Virus record (IMG/VR): IMGVR_UViG_3300037493_006316
Span: 1 to 64,000 of that record
DNA: 64,000 bases
Reading direction: 5' to 3' (one strand)
From: a virus
Of this stretch, positions 48,572-57,705 are shown in pieces (the first letter of the stretch is position 1; every line of letters begins with the position of its first letter). The notes under the pieces are model-generated. The model did not search any database and was not told the origin of the DNA. It saw only the letters and a list, made by a program, of their open reading frames with translations. Both the position numbers and the translations under genes were made by a program.

Positions 48572-49330
48572 TCAGTAGAAGGTGCCAGGGAGGACTTGGA
48601 ACCCGCCGGGCTTCGGGCCGATGCGGTCGGTGTAGGTCACAGCATAGCGCGCCGAGACCTTGAGCACCGGCACCGACGCTATTGCCGGCTGCATCTGCGG
48701 GGATGGGGCGATGCCGCCATGGGACATGTCGAGCGCCAGCAGGCCGAGCGTGTCGATCAGCCAGCCCTTGCGCTCAAACAGCACCCGGTGCGCCGCGGCG
48801 TGGAGCGCCTCGGCGAGCTCACCGCTCAGCGACCACACGGCGATCTCGACGCTTTCGGCGATGATGCCGGCCCGCACGCGGTGCTCGATCACCGGGGCCA
48901 GCCGCACGGACTCGTAGCCGTCCGGCGCGGGCCCGATGAACTCCTGCTCGGTGCCGTCGGGCATGACCGCCACCGCCGGCCGGAGCTGCTGCGTGCTCGA
49001 GTACAGGTGGTCGGCCGCGGTGGCCTCGTCGGGCTGCTCGCCGCCGGTCATGACGTTGATCGACAGCGCGGGCATCTGCGCGTCGCCAGCCGGGTAGGCC
49101 GACACGATGCGCAGGCGCTGGTCGGTGCTGAGCACGCACGCCTTCAGCTTGGTGCGCAGCTCGGCCGCACGCTCTGCGTAGTCCGGGGTGCGCAGGCGGG
49201 TCTGCTCGGTCAGCAGCTCGATCAGCGCGGCGTCGTCGTTCACCAGCTCGACAAGGCCGCGCCAGAGCACATCGCGGAGCGCGCGAGACAGGGTCCCGAG
49301 CGAGCGGGCGCCGTTGGGTCGAACGGTCAT
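48572..49330 (-). CDS. Tail completion/terminator protein
   Basis: Position before the sheath; AYP...MPALSINV motif. Confidence 0.55.
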   Translation of the reverse strand: MTVRPNGARSLGTLSRALRDVLWRGLVELVNDDAALIELLTEQTRLRTPDYAERAAELRTKLKACVLSTDQRLRIVSAYPAGDAQMPALSINVMTGGEQPDEATAADHLYSSTQQLRPAVAVMPDGTEQEFIGPAPDGYESVRLAPVIEHRVRAGIIAESVEIAVWSLSGELAEALHAAAHRVLFERKGWLIDTLGLLALDMSHGGIAPSPQMQPAIASVPVLKVSARYAVTYTDRIGPKPGGFQVLPGTFY

Positions 49331-50310
49331 CGCGAGCCCCCAGGGGCGGCCGAGGGGTCGATCACGGACATAACGGCCTGCGAGAACAGCTCGCCCAGCT
49401 CGGGTCCGCTGTCGATGGCGGCCGCCGTGCGCGCCGCGACGTAGTAGCCGGTCATCGCGGGGATGTTCCACCCGTCGCTGTCGGGCGTGAGGGTGCGGAT
49501 CGTCAGGTAGCGCGTGTGGCCCGGGCCGCCGGTCTTGATCATCCCCTCGAAGCGGCTGGTCTTCCACTCGGGGTTGACGAGGTCCTTGCCGCGGCGGCCG
49601 GCGGCGACCACGCGGGCGCCCCGGCGCTCTTGCACCAGCTGCCCGGTGTGCGGGTCCGGCGCGAATGACGTCGAGGTCTGGCCCCGCCGCATGCGCGTCT
49701 CGGTGCCGCCCTTGCCGAGGTCCTCGGTCCGGTAGGTGTCCCGCTGCAGGAATCGGCCCTGGCCGCCGCCGGCCGGCGCCGGCGCGCGCACGGGGCCGCG
49801 GTTGTTGGCCACCCGCCAGACCTGCCGCTTGGCCTGCTCGTACACCGCCTGCGGCATCTGCGCCTTGGAGGCAGACTTGGTCATGCCGCCACCGGGCTGA
49901 CCTGGCACGGTGTGGCGGAAGGGGATGTGCAGGTAGGGCCGGCCCGACTCGCCGATCTTGATGCTGCCCCCGGTGTTACCCCAGTCGATCTTGTCGGCCA
50001 GCCGGAACGCGCCGTGGCCCTCTTCGACGATGGAGGCATGGGGTGCGGTGTTGGTGACCATCAGCTCCACACCCACGCCCACGCCGCCGTCGGGCATGCG
50101 GGTGACCTCGACGCGGCCCTCGTCGGTGATGCCGTTGCGGTACTCGCCGGTGTCGAACGCGCCGAGCTCGATGGCAGCCAGGCCCCACACCTGCTTGACG
50201 TACTCGCCCGCCAACAGCGCGCCCCGCTCGAGCGCGGCCGAGAGCCGGCCAGCGTCGAGGTCCATGTCCAGGGGCGCGCCCTCGATCCGCACGTCGCTCA
50301 GCAGAGGCAT
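49327..50310 (-). CDS. Neck / head-tail joining protein
   Basis: DTGEYRNGI, APHASIVEEG, YLHIPFRH, YLTIRTL...GWNIP. Confidence 0.6.
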   Translation of the reverse strand: MPLLSDVRIEGAPLDMDLDAGRLSAALERGALLAGEYVKQVWGLAAIELGAFDTGEYRNGITDEGRVEVTRMPDGGVGVGVELMVTNTAPHASIVEEGHGAFRLADKIDWGNTGGSIKIGESGRPYLHIPFRHTVPGQPGGGMTKSASKAQMPQAVYEQAKRQVWRVANNRGPVRAPAPAGGGQGRFLQRDTYRTEDLGKGGTETRMRRGQTSTSFAPDPHTGQLVQERRGARVVAAGRRGKDLVNPEWKTSRFEGMIKTGGPGHTRYLTIRTLTPDSDGWNIPAMTGYYVAARTAAAIDSGPELGELFSQAVMSVIDPSAAPGGSR

Positions 50311-51119
50311 CAGCGCAGACCCTCCTCGCCCCAGCGGTCCAGGCGGTGTAGTTGCGCGTGGTAGGGCATCGACGCTCCGGCCTCCATCCGCGCCCGGGGC
50401 GCGCTCTCGGCGACCATGTAGACCGCCTGCGCGCGGTAGCGCAGGGACACGGCGCGGCCACGCTCGGGGCCCTGGCCCGGCCTCCAGACGATGTAGGTCT
50501 GGCGGTCGACCCGCTCAAGCGTGAAGTGCACGCCCTGCCGCAGCTCAATGGCGCCGGTCGGCCCGCGCACCGCGCAAAACTCGACCGCCAGGACGTTCGG
50601 GTAGAGCAGGCGGTCGCGCTCGGGCTCAACCGCCCGCGGGGGCGGCTCGGGGCCCCAGTCCATCTCGGACCGGTCAGCGAGATCGGGCATGCCGCCGCGG
50701 TAGAGCAACTGCGCGACCACGTGCTCCTCACCCTCTGGCCAGAGCTGATCGCCGCGCCCAGGGATGAGCGGCACGTCCTCGCTGATGGACGACTGGAAGG
50801 TGGCCGACAGGTGGCCCGTGGTCATCTGCCCAACCGACAGAGCGCGCGTGCTGGCGTCCCGGGACGTCAGCAGCACGGTCGTGTGCACGTCGAGGCTCGA
50901 CGGGTACAGCAGGCCCGTGCCGAAGCAGTCGGGGCAGTCGACGGCGGCCTGCTCGCTCGCCGCGCGGCGGCAGGGGCAGACCATCGCCCGACGCAGGCGC
51001 CCGCAGGTGCCGTGCTGGGCGATGAAGCTGTCGAACTCTTCTGGATCGAAGTGCACCGGCGTGAAGCTGGTCGCCTTCGCGAACAGCTCGTCAACGCTCG
51101 GCAGCCCGCGCTGGCTCAT
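50310..51119 (-). CDS. Head-closure / neck protein with Cys cluster
   Basis: FDSFIAQHG...CPC...CPDCFGTG motif, as in SPO1/Twort-like neck proteins. Confidence 0.6.
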   Translation of the reverse strand: MSQRGLPSVDELFAKATSFTPVHFDPEEFDSFIAQHGTCGRLRRAMVCPCRRAASEQAAVDCPDCFGTGLLYPSSLDVHTTVLLTSRDASTRALSVGQMTTGHLSATFQSSISEDVPLIPGRGDQLWPEGEEHVVAQLLYRGGMPDLADRSEMDWGPEPPPRAVEPERDRLLYPNVLAVEFCAVRGPTGAIELRQGVHFTLERVDRQTYIVWRPGQGPERGRAVSLRYRAQAVYMVAESAPRARMEAGASMPYHAQLHRLDRWGEEGLR

Positions 51120-52075
51120 CGCAGGCTCCGCGTGCTCATCGCGATCACGCGCATGGGGTTCTTGTAGGCCCGCAGCGCCTTCCAGTCGATAGAGTCGGCG
51201 GCCTCTTTGTAGACGGCCTCCAGCGCGCTGTTGAGGCCGTACATGGCGCTTGCGGTGGTCGAGAACGACTTGCTCAGCCCGTCCACCGACAGCGAGGCTG
51301 ACGCGATGCCGCCACCCGACGCCGTGCCGGCAAGGCTCAGCAGGCGCACGCCGGCCGTGAGCCCGATCCAGTCGGCGATGGCGAGCTCAATGCGCCCGGG
51401 CATGTCCTTGCCGTCGTACTTGGCCCAGGGCCCGCAGGTGAAGTCGCAGCGCCAGAACCCCGGGATGGGTCGGTTCTGCGCCAGAACGGCCGGGCCGACG
51501 GCGCCGAACGCCACCGACAGGCTGCGCAGCTCGGTCGGTGTGACCGACACCTCGCCGCGCTGGCCGTCGACGATGTCGATGTGCACCCCGGTCGTCTCGG
51601 GGGTCCAGTCGAGCACCACGTTGCCCCACGCGACCCCGCGGATGCGCTCCACGCTGAGCAGCGAGGGCGGCAGGTCCAGGCGGATGAAGTCGCGGGACGT
51701 CGCGGGGTTGAAGGCGATGGGCTCGCTGCGCAGGTCATAGTCCCGCTGCAGGACGAAGCCGTCCTCGGTCGGCATGCCCTTGTAGCGGCGGATGGCCATG
51801 CTGATGCCGAGCTTGATCTCGGCGTCGGACAGCGCCGACCGCAGGTGCCACGCGATCACGTCGAGGGGGATGCCCTCGACGAGTCGCTTGAGGTCCTCGA
51901 GGTCGCGCTCGGTGCCGCCGCACCGGCGGATGGCCGCTTTGAGGTCCACGGAGCCGCCGAGAGCGACGCCCCACGCGTACCGCTTTCGCCAGAGGGCCGG
52001 ATCGATGGCCTCGGCGACCGAGCAGGTGGTGCCCAGGCAGCGATAGGACGGGGGGTCGTCGGTCCCGATGGTCAC
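51116..52075 (-). CDS. Head-tail adaptor protein
   Basis: GIASASLSVDGLSKSFSTTASAMYG motif. Confidence 0.65.
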   Translation of the reverse strand: MTIGTDDPPSYRCLGTTCSVAEAIDPALWRKRYAWGVALGGSVDLKAAIRRCGGTERDLEDLKRLVEGIPLDVIAWHLRSALSDAEIKLGISMAIRRYKGMPTEDGFVLQRDYDLRSEPIAFNPATSRDFIRLDLPPSLLSVERIRGVAWGNVVLDWTPETTGVHIDIVDGQRGEVSVTPTELRSLSVAFGAVGPAVLAQNRPIPGFWRCDFTCGPWAKYDGKDMPGRIELAIADWIGLTAGVRLLSLAGTASGGGIASASLSVDGLSKSFSTTASAMYGLNSALEAVYKEAADSIDWKALRAYKNPMRVIAMSTRSLR

Positions 52076-52082
52076 AGTGTCC

Positions 52083-52574
52083 TCAGAGCCGGCGGAGGTA
52101 GACGGTGGTCCGCTGCGTGTTCAGCGCGCCGCCGCTGCCGCTGGTGCCGCTGATGCGCAGGCGGTCGCCGGCGGCCAGCGTGTGCTTGGTGTCGTCGATG
52201 GCCGCGTCGACCTCGGTGCCGACCGCGGTCTTCACGTCGGTCGCCGCCGTCTGGATGGTAGCGAAGGTGGTCGGGGTGGCCAGCGCGGCCTTGTGCAGCG
52301 CCATGGTGCCGGTGGCGCCGGCAGCGGTCATTGCAGAGTGGTGGACCTTCACCACCTCACAGGCGAACGGCACCAGGTACGAGGGCCCGGTGGTCGTGGT
52401 GCCAGCCGAGGCGTCGGCGCCGTGCAGCTCGAGCGGGATGATGCCGGCCTGCTCGTCGAACCGGTTCAGGTCGATGCCGATGGTGTTGAGCGCGGCGCGC
52501 GCCAGGGCGGCCATCGCCGAGGTGAAGCGGAGGGTGACGTTGCTGAAGAAGACCGGGGGCACAACGGCGGCCAT
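52083..52574 (-). CDS. Putative capsid decoration / structural protein
   Basis: Small Thr/Ala-rich beta protein with LAAGDRLRI. Confidence 0.45.
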   Translation of the reverse strand: MAAVVPPVFFSNVTLRFTSAMAALARAALNTIGIDLNRFDEQAGIIPLELHGADASAGTTTTGPSYLVPFACEVVKVHHSAMTAAGATGTMALHKAALATPTTFATIQTAATDVKTAVGTEVDAAIDDTKHTLAAGDRLRISGTSGSGGALNTQRTTVYLRRL

Positions 52575-52582
52575 GATGGACC

Positions 52583-53407
52583 TCAGGGGTATAGGTTGTC
52601 GAACAGGGACTTCAGCTGCAGCTTGGCGGTCTCGTCATCGTCCGACAGCGGCGGCAGCTTGTTGCGCTGCAGGGCGGCCTGCACCTTCGCCAGCGACGGG
52701 CGGGGGCCTCGGCCGCTCCACAGGTTCTTGAGGGTGTTGACGGCCTCCTCAGTGGCCTCGTAGCGCATGGCCTCAGGCAGGGTGATGGCCCCGCGCTTGA
52801 CCGGCGCCGGCGCGGCCTCCTCGGCGGCCGCCACGATGGCAGCGACCTCCTCGATCACCACGACCGGGTCGGCCGCGGCGGCGGGCTGCACCTTCGGCTG
52901 CACGGCGGGCTGCTTGAAGTTGGGCGGGGGCGCCCAACCCGGCACCTGCCAGGGCCACAGGGTGGCGACCACACCGCCCCAGCCCTCGGGCGCCGGGGCC
53001 ATGACCATCTGGCCAAGGTTCAGGCCCGTGGTCGCGCTCACCCCGCCTGCGGGCCCGGGATCGCCGTGGGCGCCCGTGCCGACAAGGTCCTCGGCGAACC
53101 AGCCGTTGGCCAGCGCGAGGTCTGCAGGCGTGGTCGACACGACAGGCCGGGCCGCGGCCGGGCGCGACACCGGGGCATCGACGGCCAGCGGCTTGCGGTC
53201 GAACATCTTGTCGTCGACGAGGCGGTACGACGGATGCCCGGCCGCGCGCTGCTTGACCTCGGCCTCGGCGCCGGCCGGGACCTCCGCGACGAGGCGAGCC
53301 ATGCCGCGGCGGTCCAGGAGGAGGGCGAACTCGAGCGCAACCGAGCCCAGCGACGTGCGAAACTCGGTGGACCGGACGCCCGGGGGTTGGATGCGCTCGA
53401 CGAACAT
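52583..53407 (-). CDS. Hypothetical protein downstream of the capsid gene
   Basis: TGATG coupling with the capsid gene. Confidence 0.5.
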   Translation of the reverse strand: MFVERIQPPGVRSTEFRTSLGSVALEFALLLDRRGMARLVAEVPAGAEAEVKQRAAGHPSYRLVDDKMFDRKPLAVDAPVSRPAAARPVVSTTPADLALANGWFAEDLVGTGAHGDPGPAGGVSATTGLNLGQMVMAPAPEGWGGVVATLWPWQVPGWAPPPNFKQPAVQPKVQPAAAADPVVVIEEVAAIVAAAEEAAPAPVKRGAITLPEAMRYEATEEAVNTLKNLWSGRGPRPSLAKVQAALQRNKLPPLSDDDETAKLQLKSLFDNLYP

Positions 53408-54939
53408 CAGTAGCTCCGACGGCCAACGTTGGTGAACACGTAGTTCTTGCGCGGGTCGCGCACCTCGACGCCGTAGACCGACGCGAGGAGCTGCCGGCTG
53501 ACCACGAAGCCGAGCTTGGCCAGGTCCATGGTCATGAGCTGCGGGCCCAGGTGGGCCAGCGCGACCGTGTTCATGGGGGCGTCAGCCATCTGCGCGAAGG
53601 CGGCGCGGCGCTGCCAGGCGGCGTCGTAGGCCTCGGCCGAGGGGTTGGCCAGGGCGTTGACGGCCGGGCTGACGATCCGCAGGGCGAACGCGGTGGACAG
53701 GCCGGGGCGCACGTAGTTGAGGTCGTCGAAGGTCACCGACGCGGCGCTCGGCACGCGGACCTCGCCGATCAGCTGCGCGGCGGTCGTGGCGCCATCGCCG
53801 CTCGCCGGGGCGCTGCCGCGGTAGATGCGGAAGCTCTCCACGTTGGAAGCGCCGGGGGTGATGGTCAGGCGCGCGCGCTCGCCCACCGCCACGGCCTGGT
53901 GACCCGACGAGGGCACGCGGACGCCGGCGCCCTCGCGCTCGCCGACGACGGGGGTGACGACCCAGTAGAAGTCGCCGGCGCCGCCCGGGTTGCTGTCGAA
54001 GCGCGAGTTCGAGTCGCTCGAGGCAGCCACGCTCGCGATGGGGACGGTGATGGGCGCGCCGTCCTCGAGCTCGTCGGTGTAGAAGGGCTGCGCGAACGAC
54101 GGGTCCAGGGTGTTGTCGGTGAGGAACGCCACCCGGTTGCCGTTGGTCTGGACGCCCGCGACCATCTGGCCCATGAACATGGGCGACAGGCCGGCGGGGA
54201 TCTCGAGGCGGGCCGCGCCGTCCAGCGAGCTCTCGAAGTCCGCGCGGGTGAGCGCGTCCATGAAGATGCTGTTGATGCTGCCGAACGCGCGGATACCGCC
54301 CGCGACGACGTTGCGGATGTTGATCAGCGACAGGGGCAGGCCCCGCATGTCGATGATGTGCGACTGGCCGTCGACACCGGTGCCGGAGGTGCCGTCGGTG
54401 CCCTCGCGGATCTGCTGCTGCAGGCCAGCCACGCGCAAGCCCGCGGTCAGGCTGCGGGTCTTGCTGTCGTCGCTGAAGTAGATGTTGCGGGCCTTCTTCC
54501 GCAGCATCAGGTTGAGGGTCGCCGCCAGTTGGAAGGCCGCCGGGGAGCCGCTCCCCATGACGCTGACCATCTTCTGCAGCTCGGCGAGCTGCGTGGTGCT
54601 GCTCTCCTCGCCCTGCAGCTTGAGGTTCACCGTCTTCTTGTCGGTCGACGGGGTGTTGCGGTTGGCCGACCCGGTCTCGCTGAAGAAGCCGTTGCCCTTG
54701 GCGTTGCCGTAGCTGAGCACCCGCGCGTACTCGTGGACGACCTTGGTCGCCTGGACGCTCGGGATGCACTTCAGCAGGGTGAGCTCGTTGGGGCTGTTCT
54801 GGTCCCACTGGGTGTTGAACGCGACCTCCTCAAGGCTCTGGGGGACGACGCTGCTGATGCCGTCCGACGTGGTGGCCTTGGCGAGGGCGGTCCAGTCCTG
54901 GGTCTCGAGCTGGGCGAGGATCTGTGCGGCGGTGATCAT
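53407..54939 (-). CDS. Major capsid protein (Herelleviridae-like)
   Basis: PQSLE, VVHEYARVLSYG, FFSETG, IIDMRG, internal Ig-like insert (YWVVTPV...FRIYRG), QL..MDLAKL, VFTNVG. Confidence 0.85.
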   Translation of the reverse strand: MITAAQILAQLETQDWTALAKATTSDGISSVVPQSLEEVAFNTQWDQNSPNELTLLKCIPSVQATKVVHEYARVLSYGNAKGNGFFSETGSANRNTPSTDKKTVNLKLQGEESSTTQLAELQKMVSVMGSGSPAAFQLAATLNLMLRKKARNIYFSDDSKTRSLTAGLRVAGLQQQIREGTDGTSGTGVDGQSHIIDMRGLPLSLINIRNVVAGGIRAFGSINSIFMDALTRADFESSLDGAARLEIPAGLSPMFMGQMVAGVQTNGNRVAFLTDNTLDPSFAQPFYTDELEDGAPITVPIASVAASSDSNSRFDSNPGGAGDFYWVVTPVVGEREGAGVRVPSSGHQAVAVGERARLTITPGASNVESFRIYRGSAPASGDGATTAAQLIGEVRVPSAASVTFDDLNYVRPGLSTAFALRIVSPAVNALANPSAEAYDAAWQRRAAFAQMADAPMNTVALAHLGPQLMTMDLAKLGFVVSRQLLASVYGVEVRDPRKNYVFTNVGRRSY

Positions 54940-54950
54940 GATGGGCCTCC

Positions 54951-55757
54951 TCAGGCCTTGAGGGACTTGTTGAGGGCCTCGCGGATCGCCGCGTCCGTCG
55001 CGGCGTCAGCGGAGAAGACCCCGTTGAACTTGAACTTGACGGCTGCGTCGGGCGACAACACGCCCTGCTCGACACCCTTGCGCAGGTCTTCGTCGCTGAA
55101 GGCAGCGGGCGCAGACTTGCCCTCGGTGCCCATGCGGGCCGCGGCCGCCGCGGGGGACGACTGCAGCGAGGTGCCGGCCGGGACGCCGGCGGGGCGCGTG
55201 GTCATCGACTTGACCAGCGGATCGACGATGCTCTCGCCGAGCTTGGCCAGCGCGAGGTGGCCCGCGCCGACCAGGGTCTGCAGCGCTGCGTTCTCGGCGC
55301 GCACAACCTGAAGCTCGGCACGAATGACGGCGATGTCGGCCGCGTTGGTGGCAGAGGCGTCGGTGACGCTCTTGGCGAGAGCTTGCAGGCTGGCCGTGAG
55401 GTTGGCCACAAGCTCGGTGGCGTCGACATAGGCCTGGCCGTCGGCGCCCTTCTCGAGGTCATCGTAGCCGGCCTCGCTGCCGGGTTTCTCCATGTCCTCG
55501 TCGGACTTGGCGTCGCCCTCCTCCTTCTCGACGTCAGGCATCTCCTTGCCCTCGTCGCCCTTGTCGTCGGACTTGGCCTTGTCGTCGGCGTCGTCGCTGT
55601 CCTTGTTCTTGGCCATGTCCTCGGTCTTGTCCTCGGCCTTGCCGAGTTTCAGCAGGCCGAGCATGTCGCCCAGGCCCTGCTTGAGGCCGGCGCCAAGCTC
55701 GCGGCCGATGAGGGCGAGGCCGGAGCGCTCAAGCTCCGTGGGGGTGATGTCAGGCAT
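54951..55757 (-). CDS. Scaffold-like protein
   Basis: Acidic, coiled-coil, repeated LxK[A/G/S]; lies between protease and capsid genes. Confidence 0.6.
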   Translation of the reverse strand: MPDITPTELERSGLALIGRELGAGLKQGLGDMLGLLKLGKAEDKTEDMAKNKDSDDADDKAKSDDKGDEGKEMPDVEKEEGDAKSDEDMEKPGSEAGYDDLEKGADGQAYVDATELVANLTASLQALAKSVTDASATNAADIAVIRAELQVVRAENAALQTLVGAGHLALAKLGESIVDPLVKSMTTRPAGVPAGTSLQSSPAAAAARMGTEGKSAPAAFSDEDLRKGVEQGVLSPDAAVKFKFNGVFSADAATDAAIREALNKSLKA

Positions 55758-56499
55758 GGACGGCTCCGGCCGCGACGATGGCCGCGGCAATCTCAGGGGT
55801 GTAGCCCCGCGTTTCAGCCAACAGCCGGGCCACCTCGGCTCGGCGAAGAGGATCGGCCAGCTCGGCCCGACTCAGCGGCGTGTCAAGCGTCAGCCGGCGA
55901 GACAGCGCGAGCGGCTGGGCGGTCGCCTGGGGGTTCATCGGGATGGAGCACACCGCGGCCTGCGTGATCCGCGCACCGACGATGGTGTTGTTCCGCACCT
56001 TCGACTGGCCGTGCGCCGAGAAGCCGATGCCGCGACCCAGGGCCTCAATGGACTTGGCGAGGCCCCAGTACATGGACGCGCGGCCGAGCTCAGCCTCGGT
56101 GGGTCGCAGCGGCGCCGAGGGCTGCGGGATGGCGCCCCAGATGTCCGCCGGACGCCCCTTGGCGAACTGCTCCCAGGACGCCGGGTCGTCGCCGTCGAAG
56201 AGGTGACCCTCGGTCCACAGGCCGACCTTGCCGTGCTCCCGGGCGAGCGGATGGTCGGGCCCGCAGAACTCCAAGAAGGTCGGCACGCCCACGAACGTAG
56301 GCCGGTGCTCGTCGTTCCAGAGGCCCCAGCCGATGTAGGGCGCGAGGTCGACGGCGTCGACGCTGCCGCTGGCGAGGAAGACCTGCCCCTCGCGGTCGGA
56401 CACCGGCCGCAGGCTGCCGTCGGCCATGATCTCGTGCGAGGTCGCCAGCCAACCGCCAAGGGGCCGCGTGGGGGTCCACGAGGCCTTGCGCAGGTCCAT
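55750..56499 (-). CDS. Prohead protease
   Basis: GLWNDEH, GLWTEGHLF, IGFSAHG, AVCSIPMNPQA. Confidence 0.7.
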   Translation of the reverse strand: MDLRKASWTPTRPLGGWLATSHEIMADGSLRPVSDREGQVFLASGSVDAVDLAPYIGWGLWNDEHRPTFVGVPTFLEFCGPDHPLAREHGKVGLWTEGHLFDGDDPASWEQFAKGRPADIWGAIPQPSAPLRPTEAELGRASMYWGLAKSIEALGRGIGFSAHGQSKVRNNTIVGARITQAAVCSIPMNPQATAQPLALSRRLTLDTPLSRAELADPLRRAEVARLLAETRGYTPEIAAAIVAAGAVHA

Positions 56500-56524
56500 G
56501 AGGGCGGCGGACTTCAAGCGTGGA

Positions 56525-56572
56525 CCCCAAAACGACGAAGGCCCACCGGCCGCCCGTAGGCGGTCGTGGGCC
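56525..56572 (-). terminator. Terminator-like hairpin in the head-operon leader
   Basis: GGCCCACGACCGCC-TACG-GGCGGCCGGTGGGCC then TTCGTCGTTTT. Confidence 0.6.
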
Positions 56573-56602
56573 GTTGCTCTCGGTGGAGCGGCTGCTGCTG
56601 CC

Positions 56603-56631
56603 AGACTACGGCGTGCCCGTCGGCCTGTCAA
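56603..56631 (-). promoter_or_regulatory. Near-consensus sigma70 promoter TTGACA-17-TAGTCT facing the head genes
   Basis: Minus strand TTGACA ggccgacgggcacgccg TAGTCT. Confidence 0.7.
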
Positions 56632-56869
56632 CCCCAACGCGCACCACAAGGCGCCTGCGGGGCGTAGGCGCGGCCGGCGCCGGCGGCATAGTCAGGGCCA
56701 GGAAGGGCAGCGGAACGACCTCAGAGCACCTGTCGCCGGGGCACCGCAGGCTCATGGAGCCGTCGGCCTCCACGCGCAGCATGGCGCCCGCGAAGGTGAG
56801 CTGACCCGACCGCACGGCCGAGATGGGCGTGCTGCAGCGGGGGCAGCGTAGGCGGAAGGGGTCGTCCAC
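56606..56869 (-). CDS. Small Zn-ribbon protein (Com-like)
   Basis: GTG start after GAGG; CPRC...CPGDRC. Confidence 0.55.
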   Translation of the reverse strand: MDDPFRLRCPRCSTPISAVRSGQLTFAGAMLRVEADGSMSLRCPGDRCSEVVPLPFLALTMPPAPAAPTPRRRLVVRVGVDRPTGTP

Positions 56870-56901
56870 GTGGCCTCGCGGGCGCAGGCTATCGCGAGAC
56901 G

Positions 56902-57705
56902 TCAGCCGATGTGGCGGATGTCGGGCCAGATCAGCGCCGCCCGGCGGTAGGTCGCCGGCCACCAGCGTTGCAGCCACTGGAAGTGCAACTCGGCCATGTA
57001 GGTGTCGAGCCCGACGACGAACCACGAGTGCCGCATGGCCAACGCGTCGGCGCCGATGTCGATGCAGCCGTAGACCGGGTGCAGCGGCACCTTGTTGGCC
57101 CACAACATTGCGTGCACGTCCAGCGCGGTCCACGCCCGCAGAGGCGCGGCGCGCCAGGTGCCGTCGGCGATCTGGTAGAACGCGCCGCGCGACCACAGCA
57201 GCATGCGGCGGCGCTTGTTCTCCTCGGCGCGCAGGCCCCAGAACATCGAACGCCCCGCGCGTGTGCGGTTGGCGGCATCGAACCAGGGCCCGGACAGCGC
57301 GCCGCGGCGCTGGTCATCGGTGGAGCCGTCGAGCGGCCGCGAGGTGTCGATCTGCACCCACGGCAGCTCCAGCGAGCATTCGACCTCGAGCGCAACACGC
57401 TGCAGGTAGGTCTCCTCTCCCTCCCAGCACAGATCGTCGCGCAGCGACAGCAGCGGCACCCGAACGCCGGCCTCTCGCAGGATCAGCGCCAGCGCCGTCG
57501 AGTCCTTGCCGCCGGACACGCTGGCCTGCCAGGCGTCTGCTCGGGTCATGGCTGAGCGGACCACGTCAACGGCCTCGGCGCGGCGCCGGGCGAACTCGCG
57601 GCTGTTCGCGTGAAGCATCACCTGCCGCGCCGGGTAGCGAACGCCCCAGTCGTCGCGGTCGGGCATCGGGCCGTCCCACCAGCCCTCAAGCGCCTCACGC
57701 CGCAT
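56902..57705 (-). CDS. cysH: CysH-like (PAPS reductase family) protein associated with type IV-B
   Basis: PP-loop SVSGGKDS, WGLRAEE..RR, PLRAWTALDV, PLHPVY; last gene of the csf operon. Confidence 0.88.
   Translation of the reverse strand: MRREALEGWWDGPMPDRDDWGVRYPARQVMLHANSREFARRRAEAVDVVRSAMTRADAWQASVSGGKDSTALALILREAGVRVPLLSLRDDLCWEGEETYLQRVALEVECSLELPWVQIDTSRPLDGSTDDQRRGALSGPWFDAANRTRAGRSMFWGLRAEENKRRRMLLWSRGAFYQIADGTWRAAPLRAWTALDVHAMLWANKVPLHPVYGCIDIGADALAMRHSWFVVGLDTYMAELHFQWLQRWWPATYRRAALIWPDIRHIG

Noticed and set aside
34427-49444. Very long plus-strand ORFs (34427-36421, 36658-39216, 42186-44069, 46799-49444)
   Set aside because: Antisense shadows of real minus-strand structural genes in high-GC DNA; Arg/Gly-rich with no motifs.
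18190-56050. Other ATTGA(A/G) or (C/T)TCAAT hits (near 18198, 21043, 43814, 50544, 56044) as solitary CRISPR repeats
   Set aside because: They lie inside coding sequence and have no repeat-like hairpin or AT-rich spacer.
56902-57705. cysH as a sulfate-assimilation auxiliary metabolic gene
   Set aside because: No other cys genes are present, it lacks the C-terminal ECGLH motif, and it is coupled to csf/cas6.
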